Source: Salisapilia sapeloensis CBS 127946 (taxonomy: Eukaryota > Protista > Oomycota). From it: a stretch of 50,492 bases of DNA. Position 1 is the stretch's first letter, and the number at the start of each line of letters is the position of its first letter. This document shows positions 32,154 to 41,700 of the stretch, in pieces. Both the position numbers and the translations under genes were made by a program. The notes under the pieces were generated by a model. That model was not told where the DNA came from, searched no databases, and worked only from the letters and a program-made list of their open reading frames with translations. The stretch spans positions 1-50,492 of the forward strand of contig JAADVB010000135.1 of the NCBI GenBank assembly GCA_023334545.1, in the 5' to 3' direction.

Positions 32154-34364
32154 TAGGTTTTAATCATGCCTATCAGCACACTTATCTTCAATTCCAGCTG
32201 GCGATTAGCCAGGTCTGATTCATATACCCAAAGCTAGATAAATATCATACGAATTTCCTGCAGGAGCTTCTTCCGATCACAACGATGCCAAAGAGCACAT
32301 GGTTAAAACAAAATGATGAAAAGTATCCAAAAGGTCATTCATTCCATGCACTCTATGTCCATCGTACTTGCGTGGTCAATTACTACCTTCCATTTGAGGA
32401 CAAGTAGAGCGGGCTTGAGAAGTTGATACATGAAAGGATCGATTTCGAAATATAATTGCTACTTCGATTGAAGCATCTGACCCTTTTCGATTGGCACCAT
32501 GGAGCTCATCAAGCAAGCCTATATTGTTATCAGGTTGAGTTCCGCCTATCAATAGCCTCGGAAAGCATAGAAGAAGAGCATTTACAGTCTTTATAGTCTA
32601 GTGGGTATTTCCATTAATTGCCTTCTTTTTGGAGGCATCGGGTGCGTAGTTTAAATCTATTCGCAAGAATGAGCAAATTTTTTAATATAACACAGAGGAA
32701 ACAAATTAGATGGGTATTTTAGCTTCCGCCTACCAATTTGTTTGCAACGAATGGCACAGATCAATACAGACAATTGCGGCCGTGCTACATATTCTTCAGG
32801 GTCAGAAGATGCCACTGAACGTGTCGTGAAGCTTCCTAGACCTACGATGTACGATAAAACTGCGAACATCGAACAACCTCACTCGGGAGAGTCTGTGTTC
32901 TTCAAGATTTTGTCAAGCTGTTATGACAAAAGCACACCCTACAATCACAAACGTTCGCAGCGTTTATGCCTAAGCGTAGGTCATTTCCAGCCAATGGCCG
33001 CGGTTTCATCACAGAGCTGCGATGAATGTGTCCAAGTCGCCACCTCTACTTCGCCACATTGCTCCAGAAAATCAAACAAAGCTCCTCCAGTCGGCATTGC
33101 CTTCGGGCTATCGGTGCTATACCGACATCTGCTTCGCCACGGTGGGTCTACGCTCTCTATGCGCTCATAAAAATGTAAAATTGGTGAATTTTGCCAAGTT
33201 ACTATCAGTAATAAACATAAACGCTACGAATGTTTGTGGCAGCAGACATTTTTATGACAAATGACATTTATCCTATCCGGCAAACCAGCTGATGCTGACA
33301 CTCTGACTCATCGCGCACTTCTATCAGATAGATGAAAACGATAATTGTTAAAATTGTTCAATTCACCAGTTTGTACGTTCTTGGCATCAGTAGTAACCTC
33401 TTGATCGCGAGCTACGACTGCGATCTACATTCTGCTACTAGTATAGAGGTATATAACAACATCATGTAAACGAATGTCTTAAAGTCAGTGCGTTTGACGA
33501 GAAGATGACACATTTGTTCGTTGGAATCACGCGACACGATGAGAAATTGGCTGTATCGACAGAAGCACCAGTATGAGGTCTTCTTTAACTGTACGACAAG
33601 CTACTACAGAAATCTACATTGCTGAGCCCACCGGAGATAGGCTCATGGATATGCCGTTTGGTAAGTTAACTTACCCTAACATAAGTCCGATCCTTGTGAA
33701 TAAGGACAAGGATAATACACTTTAAAATGATGGAAGCCTGCAGTGAAAACTCTTACGAGCAGTATCGTTGCGCCTGGTTTAAAGTTAAAGCATACAATGG
33801 TTTATGTACATTTCAACATCTATAATACTTCAGCTTATGCTTCAGGATCAGTCAGAAAACTAACATTTAATCACGTCTATTTGCCTTCCAAGACAGAAGT
33901 AATTCGAGTTGCTCGACTTCGCTTTGCTGCAAAATTTTGCTTCCATCAAGTACAAAGCAGACAAGAAAGCATATTCTTCTTCCGTGGTTGAGGATATAGT
34001 AAATGAACTAAGTTCATGAACAAGAGATATAGAGATGACATCTCGGGAATAGTCGAGGACGTTCTTTCGTGAATTTTTACAAGCGCACAGTAGTCCTTTT
34101 ACTGCGTGCAAGGCAGTAGTAGTAAAATATTCCTACTCTTCATATCAGCTGCGCTTCCTGACGCAAAAAGTTTTCCGCAAGTTACCAGACATAGCTCTGC
34201 CAGTTTCATTTCGATTTTCTTATATTTCGCAATAAATGCCACTTACATCGGTGGCGTAGGAGCGATAGCAACAGAAACTGTATAATTAAGTGCACCACAT
34301 TGGAATAAACGAACCGAATACGCTCCGTTGCTCACAACACAAACTCTCTCATCAATCGGCGAAA

Positions 34365-35600
34365 ATGAATACAGACCCGCCCAACAACGCGCCGTCCAAC
34401 AACGAAACCGCCATGCAACTTGCTTGGTCTCAGTGGTCATTTGACCAGCTCTATTCCGATGGTGGTCAGTCCCTAGCAGTGCATACTCGTCGGAAGCAAA
34501 ATCGTGATTCGATGCGTCGGTCTAGACAGCGTCAGCGAGAGCATATGCAGTCTTTGAAAGACACCGTTTCTCAGCTCGAAGCACAATACCAGAACCTTTT
34601 CTTACAAGAAGCGGATGCGAATAATACCCAAGTGGATGAAGAATTAAAGAAACTCGGCGCTGAAAACCTTTTTCTACGAGCGTCATTACAGAAACAATGG
34701 GACCTACAGCAGAGTTTACAATGGGTGCTAGATGCCCCGAAAGCTCGATCTGATTTATCGTCCGAGTCGCTCCAGAAGACTGTCATGGAGTTAGAGAAAG
34801 AAGAGGTATTAAAGAAATTTGGCTTCGTTCACATTATGACAGAAGCCGCGAATGCCATTATCGTCCAGTCTGACATTCGACTGTGTCAAGTCCAACGCAC
34901 ATTGCTCGAGTCGAATCGACATCAGCCATTCGACACAACAGGCTCTCCTTCACGACAGTCCATTGTCGGCTTGAGGCAGTACAGTATCTTTGGCTGGACA
35001 GTAAATGAGTCACTCTCCAAAGACAATGAAGTCCGATACGTCTACATCAAACGGTTTAAAGGAGTCGATCCGTATACCGTCATGAAAAAGAGCTGGCAAA
35101 CGTACCACTCGCTCGAAAATCTCCAGACGATCAAGTCCGAGACGACTCGACTGGACATTTTACAAGAGCTTGGGTCGGACGCGTATGTCGCTGGCAGGGA
35201 TGTTCGACACCCGGATTCTAGCATCACCTTTCGCTCTCTTTTCATTCGATATCGAATTGCCAGGTCTGCATATGTAGATGAATGGAATCGACCGATGGGT
35301 CCTGGGTACGTCCTCGGCTCCCAATCGATTTCACCCGAGCATAGTGTCAGCGAAGAAGAAATCAAAGGAGAGATTGTTTGGGCAGACATCAGTTCCATCT
35401 TTGAGTTCATTCAAGTGAAAGAAGATGGAAGTCTAATCGACGATGACACGACCGACGATGAAAAATATTGTGAAGTTCGATTTACAGGCAGAACTGACTA
35501 CAAGAGTGCCGAGAGTGCGTATAGAAACACAGGAGATACGATGCTTCTCGTCTTGCGATGGGAAGAACTACACATCGGACCAGTTGTAAAGATTTCCTAA
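34365..35600 (+). CDS. bZIP transcription factor with C-terminal putative START-like domain, paralog 2, about 411 aa
   Basis: Basic region RRKQNRDSMRRSRQRQR, zipper LKDTVSQLEAQYQNL. Shares IFGW.V.E, EVRYVY.KRF.GV.P, SET.RLDILQ, TFRSL, IVWAD, KYCEVRFT and LRWEELHIGPV with paralog 1. Confidence 0.85.
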   Translation: MNTDPPNNAPSNNETAMQLAWSQWSFDQLYSDGGQSLAVHTRRKQNRDSMRRSRQRQREHMQSLKDTVSQLEAQYQNLFLQEADANNTQVDEELKKLGAENLFLRASLQKQWDLQQSLQWVLDAPKARSDLSSESLQKTVMELEKEEVLKKFGFVHIMTEAANAIIVQSDIRLCQVQRTLLESNRHQPFDTTGSPSRQSIVGLRQYSIFGWTVNESLSKDNEVRYVYIKRFKGVDPYTVMKKSWQTYHSLENLQTIKSETTRLDILQELGSDAYVAGRDVRHPDSSITFRSLFIRYRIARSAYVDEWNRPMGPGYVLGSQSISPEHSVSEEEIKGEIVWADISSIFEFIQVKEDGSLIDDDTTDDEKYCEVRFTGRTDYKSAESAYRNTGDTMLLVLRWEELHIGPVVKIS

Positions 35601-35688
35601 TGAAAATACATCCATGTGCAGGCATAAACCAATCTATTTTGAATTCATCTTGTTAATGGAAGAGGTACCGGAAGCCGGTGAATACGCC

Positions 35689-37170
35689 CTAGGCGTTTGC
35701 TCGATCAGGCGTTGATGCTGATCGGAAGTGGTCGCTAGGAGTAAGACTGTCCGTCGCCCATGACTCGACATCCTTTCCTTTCGGCTCGTAGCCGAAGAAG
35801 AAGAGGATGATGCAGACGAAGACGAGGATACCACCAAAGACCCACATTATAGCCTGGAGACTCATTTCCCATACTTGGAACATGTGAGCGCACAGGTACG
35901 GTCCGGAGAAGGCACCAATGCGACTAAAGCCAGACGGGTAGGCAGAGCCCATGCCACGAATGGCTGTCGGGTAGTTCTCAGGCGTGTACGAGTATACACA
36001 TCCCCATGCACCGAGGATGAAGAACGAGAGAAGGCATCCTGCGACCATGACCGGGCCTTCCTCTGCCGGAACGTAGCCGAGAGCAATAGCACTGACGAAG
36101 GAGAGGAGGAGGTACACGACCAAGGTCATACGACGGCCAATCACTTCGACTAGCGCGGCAGCTGAGAAGTAACCTGGGAGCTGGCACGCAGTGATAATCA
36201 GAATGTTCTCCCATTTGCCATTGATGTTGTATCCGGACAGAGCAATGAGCGAAGGCAAGTACACGAAGATGGCGTAGTATGACATGGAGATACCGATCCA
36301 AAGTGTCCATAGAACGATCGTACGAACGGTGAAAGGAGGCTTGAACAGCAGCTCAATGCGCTTGAGGTGAGACTCTGGCAGCTCTGGCGCCGGGGCAGCG
36401 TCGGCTTCAGATAGTTCCTTGGGTGTGTCCTTGTCTTCTTCGAAAACTGGCATGTCGTGCTTGCGTTCCATCATTTCGACAATCGCAAAGGCTTCTTCGT
36501 ACCGTCCAACGCTTGCCAGCCATTTGGGAGATTCTGGGATCCAGAAACGAATGACGATCGAGTACAGGACGGGAATGAGGCAGACCCAGAAGGTTTCACG
36601 CCATCCGATTTTCGGAGCAAGGCCAAAAGCGAGGAGAACAGCGAGCATGACACCGATTGCCCAGAAGGCTTCGAGCAGAACGATAATTTTACCACGAGTC
36701 TTCTTCGGCGACAGCTCCTGGACCAATGTAGACGCCACTGGTAGTTCGCCTCCGAGACCGATACCAGAGATGATACGGAACGCAACGATGGACGGGAAGT
36801 TCCACGCAGCACCACAAAGACCGAGACCGATGAGGAAGAGCACCATGGTAACCATGAACATCATCCGGCGACCGAACTTGTCGGCCAAGTTACCGAACGG
36901 GAAAGAACCGATGAAGGATCCGACAAATACCGCTCCGCCCAAAAAGGAGCTTTCGTTCGGAGTCATGGGAATGTCCTCAGCAATGCGGGTCATCGTGTAC
37001 GTGAAAATGAAGGTTTCCATTGAGTCCATGGCCCAGCCGACACCGGTGAGAAGAATGAGCTGGATATACCACCACGAGAGTCCCATGAAAACTCCCGGGT
37101 GCTTGACACCGATGGCGTCGATGCGAGCAGTAACCTTGCGCACAGCGTCTAGATGATCTTGTCCCTTCAT
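35689..37170 (-). CDS. MFS transporter, SV2/NiaP (aromatic acid/niacin)-like, intronless, 493 aa
   Basis: GWAMD, GNLADKFGRR (motif A), FRIISGIGLGGELPVASTLVQE.SP...RG, LLEAFWA.G, IPESPKWL, QLPGY..AA.LVE.IGRR, GAWG..Y.YTPE.YPT.IR..G. Confidence 0.92.
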   Translation of the reverse strand: MKGQDHLDAVRKVTARIDAIGVKHPGVFMGLSWWYIQLILLTGVGWAMDSMETFIFTYTMTRIAEDIPMTPNESSFLGGAVFVGSFIGSFPFGNLADKFGRRMMFMVTMVLFLIGLGLCGAAWNFPSIVAFRIISGIGLGGELPVASTLVQELSPKKTRGKIIVLLEAFWAIGVMLAVLLAFGLAPKIGWRETFWVCLIPVLYSIVIRFWIPESPKWLASVGRYEEAFAIVEMMERKHDMPVFEEDKDTPKELSEADAAPAPELPESHLKRIELLFKPPFTVRTIVLWTLWIGISMSYYAIFVYLPSLIALSGYNINGKWENILIITACQLPGYFSAAALVEVIGRRMTLVVYLLLSFVSAIALGYVPAEEGPVMVAGCLLSFFILGAWGCVYSYTPENYPTAIRGMGSAYPSGFSRIGAFSGPYLCAHMFQVWEMSLQAIMWVFGGILVFVCIILFFFGYEPKGKDVESWATDSLTPSDHFRSASTPDRANA

Positions 37171-38750
37171 AATGAGTGTATGCAGTCAATGCCTCGAGAA
37201 GCTCGGTGGTAAGTGTAGGCTGGAGGTATGCGTTTGATGGCGAGACGAAAAATGGTTTGCTTTTGATCGCGTTATGAGCAGCGAGTCGCACGAACGACAG
37301 CGAGTGGATGAAAGAAGTGCAGTAGCATAGAGTCTGTCGTTAGTACATCCTGATGAATACAAATGACAAGTGCACTGATGGGCAGCTGATCGTGATGGGT
37401 GGTATTGATGGACGTAGCCGTGGCATTGGGTAAAGAAGATGGACGCCATGGGTGCAAATGATAATCCTTCTCTTGTCTCGTTCATGGTATCGAGTCGTCG
37501 CATGGGTACAGGGTGCTGAAAGTATCAGCTAGAGACCATCAATCGCACATTAGATATTGATAGGAACGCTGGTTCGCGATGAAAGATGGACTCGCTGCTT
37601 CGTCTATACTCGATTTCCAACCCATTTCTCGCTTGATTTTATTCGAGGTCATCACCAGCAATAGCACGTGTCTCGGTAAATCCTGCTATCAAAGATGGCC
37701 TTCGTTTTGGATATTTTGCCCGCGTGGTTGATAAAGCATCGCAAGCTTTCTATAAATACGATATATTTATGGTTGTTGTATTACCTCGTGGTACTCATTA
37801 CTTGGTGGTAGGTCGGGTCATTTTAAACATAGCAGTACGTTTAGCTGAGTGCATTGATTCCATCGGAGATCGACTCATTGTCGGATCATATTTAGTTGTG
37901 GTCAGAGTGTCCACGATCAGCATTGTTGCGGCCTAACGATACGAAAAAACTTTCTCATACTAATGATGCGGTCATGTTATGAGAAACCCTTGACAGGTCA
38001 ATCCATGATATCACGTCAAATTGCTCCAGGTTTCCAAACATGAACAATGTCTTCCATGGACATCTCCGGTGAACTGATCAATGTTCGAGCCAGGGCTACT
38101 GAATATTGAAAACTCTTGAGATAGTTTTGCTCAAATAAAAAATCCGATACTGCAACATATTTTTTCAATACAATGACACCTAATTACTTTCGGAGCCCTG
38201 CCAATGAACACGTCCGTCGTGCTTAGAAATCCAGCGTGATGCAATTGCGAGGATATACTAGTTATAGTTAGTTTTCTATGAATCAATGATTTGTGTCTAC
38301 TGTGGTAGTGTTGAACGCCTGCTTATAGAATAAGAATGTAAACGATGCTCGAGCATGTTGTGGTCACTAGCATGAATGATGATAGAACAGCTCATGTGTA
38401 TTAGATCCAGTCTGAAAGATCAATCCTCTATTAATAAAGATATATGGATGCAAAGAACTATCAAATTTTATTTGGGGTAAGTCGGGTGGAAATAAAATCC
38501 AATTCAAGATAGACATGATGTAATCGTGAGAAATCAGCGCGCAGGTAGAGGAAGAATACGTCAACTATTCATGTTGGAACTAGGCAAAGGAATAGAAAGT
38601 GGTAAATGCTAAATGTATTATCCAAGAAAGATTGATTGATCATCAAAGCACACTATTGTCTTTGCGTTTTTGCTTGCTACTGATGTGATTTCGGTACAAT
38701 ACCGCTTTGTAGAGTACAAGCGAACATCTTGCTGCCCCTTTCAGTCTCTG

Positions 38751-41700
38751 TTAGTTTGAACCTGCACCGAACAGGTCAAATGTATCTGCCGTATCGTTAC
38801 CATCGCCCGAGCTCCGGAAGAGAATGGTGACTGGCCGGCGACTTCCTCGCACTAGTTCAACAAACTGTCGTGCAGATATTACTTGCTGCCCAGCCACCTG
38901 TAGCACATAATCACCCTGGGAAATTCGTCCAGTGGAAGCAGCTTCACTTCCATCAACGCAGTCTTTCACGACGACGTTTCCAGCAGCATCTTGCTGTGCC
39001 AATATCCCAAGCGACGTCCCGCGGAAAGTAACTTCATACTCGCCCTCGTTCTGCTGGGTACGTGACGCAGAAGCTTCACTGTCTCCAAACAAGTCGTGCG
39101 GATCGTCACTCGTCGACTGCGACCGGGATGACGAAAGTGAAGAGTTCAACTCGTCTCCAATGATCAACACGTTCGCAGCCCACCACGATTGCGCTTCTTG
39201 ATGTGTGAACGCAGCAGTGTATCCAGGCTTTTGCTGAATTCGAGCAGTCTTTCGTGTCGCATAGACATCGCATGCGCTCGTGCGGACAGTAAAGTAGACA
39301 TCGCCAGACGTTAGGAATGTCGGTGTGTATCCCCACGCAAAGACCACGACCGCCCGATCGGAGCTCCAAGTCGTCAGCTGCGCACCATCCTCAGCGTTCA
39401 CAGCAGAGCTGCGAACACCAGACACCTTAGATTTGCCTGCAGGCAGCACATGAAGCTCTGCTCCATCGCTCAGCGTCGCAGAGATCGCCAAGGTCTTTCT
39501 CGAATTGTTCAGAATACCGAGAGCGACGCACACACGAGCCTCGAGGCCAGTATGGTTCGAGTCCCAGTCAAAGACCAAATGCTGTACTTGCTGCAGGAAA
39601 TCAGTGGACGATGAAGTGTACTTATCCAACGCATAGGAATGCTTCTGTAAGATCTGGCGGTTGCTTAGCGACTGCTTCGTGAACTGCACGCCACTTGCCG
39701 ATTGACCCAAACTCGGGTCTGCCTTGCCCATGATCGTCGACACGATGGAGGAGACACCACCCGTGACAACGCTCGAGACAAGCGATGTCACTTGAATTGA
39801 CTCAATTAAACCCAACGCTTGGCTTTTAACAGACTTTTCATAAAATGTCGAGAGCGATCCGACTAGCGCTTCTTGCGTCGCTAGGGCATGCGACAGCTTG
39901 TACTCATCCAAACGTATGGACGCGTCATCGATCTTCACTTTCAAATTCGAAAGCCAAAAGCCCATGTCATAGCTTCCACCGTCCGATCCTCCGTCTTTCG
40001 TAAAGCTCACGCGGACACGAAGTGGTTCAATCACGCCGTGCTCAATGTATACTTTATGACCGGTAAAAGGCGTATTTGAGCTACCAGTCGTTCGTGCCTC
40101 ATCCGACGACACAGCAAAGTAAGACAGAATGTTTTTATCCGTCTCTCGATCCTGACGCTCTGCACTTGCAGCGTTGGACATGGACGACAGAGACCTACGT
40201 TCAAAGTGGGAGAGTGTATCCATCGCAAGTGCGTTGAGTCGATCGACAAAGCGCATGGACGTTGCCAAGTGCACTTCCTGCACAGATACGTGCAGACGTT
40301 CGACCCACGTGTACTTGGAGTGAGGTTTCTCAACGTAAGAGACGGCTAAGAAGTACTCTGAACCGATAGATCGGACAGGACGTAGTACTGTAGGGTACTT
40401 GGAGCGAGGCAGAAGATCATCAATTTGCATGCTCATCACATTCAACTTGCCCTGCTTCCCGCTCGATGAGACCGTCAGCTCCGAGTTGATCTGGGAGATG
40501 CCAAGCCTCGCCACACGTTCTTGCGTCGATCGTGCTGTTGGAACGTATCCACCTGCCGAGTTGTGTTTATCCGAAAGCGTAAAGATCATACCAGCAATCT
40601 GAGAATGGAACGTCATCTTGTCCCACCCACTTACATCTTCTTCATCGCCGTGTTCAGACCCTTCCTGGTCCATGAGATCGATCGCTACCACAAACGTAGC
40701 GTCGTACATAGTTCCACGCTTCACTGTCACTTGCAGTCCGACTCGTTCGCCACTATTGTTTAACGCTGGTACTTTGAGTTCCATCGTCGCGACGTGGTTG
40801 ACGGAAAACACATCCGTCCATCCATAATCCTGGTCTGTAATGACGGAAGCTCGCAGCTGAGACCGACGTCCTGTCGCCCAGTACAGAGCATACGAGTCCC
40901 CTCGAGCTAAGATGTGGTGGGCAGCGTCACCTGACAGACCCTCCACTCCAGACGATGGCATCGTCTCGTACAAGAGCACCGTGTGTGGCGTCCGGTTCAC
41001 GAGTAAGTATCGTGGGATGACACTCACCAGCGTTGTGATGGAGCCAAAGTGCCTCGTCGCGTAGTCGGCAGACACACCCAACTCGTACAACATATTTGCA
41101 TCTCGGCCGACACTTCCCGACCGCAAGGTTAGGCATTCATCCTGCCAGCTCAGCTTACGAGGGTCTGCTGTGAACCGAGACGACCAGTGTGCAGTGTCCA
41201 TGCACATACGCACTACAGGCGCTTCCTCCTCATCGTTACCTGCCGTTGAGAACGCAGATATTTCGGCATTTCCTACGCGTGCACGTGCTGCGTACGGAGG
41301 GAGGTATGCCTCTCGATCTGAGATGCCTCCGTAGATGAGCTCCAGCCCAGTTCGATTGACAAACCAGATAGGTGCGTACAACACAATATGCACTGCTTTT
41401 CCAGGTCGAGATAGCACTTGGATGAAGAGTTTGAACGATCGTCCGTCGTCCCGCTTTAGCATCTCAGACAGGAGCTGGCCAGTCTTAGTCGCAGCATGCG
41501 TAAGTTGTAACCATCGACTTTCCCGACAGCCTTGCACGTGCAGCGCGAACTGTGGTCGTTGTGTCGCGTCACTCCACCACACGCCACTCTGGTCACCAAC
41601 TTCAACCGACTGCTTCGGAGACTCGACAATGTTCTGCGTCTGCCGGACGGCGCTCTTAAGCCGGAACTGGAAGGGAACTGGAAGCTTATTCAAAAGTACA

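Noticed and set aside
32742-33170. 142-aa plus-strand ORF between the LPMO and bZIP2
   Set aside because: No motif, signal peptide or homology cue; cannot be supported as a gene.
33505-33560. THLFVGITRHDEKL, resembling helicase motif VI of alphavirus-like RNA viruses or UvrD
   Set aside because: No motif V (HExQG) or Walker motifs upstream in any frame, and stops flank it; insufficient for an endogenous viral element.
37951-37986. Hairpin TTTCTCATA...TATGAGAAA (9-bp arms plus a short inner stem)
   Set aside because: Single, short and AT-rich, with no TSD or second copy; expected occasionally in 50 kb.
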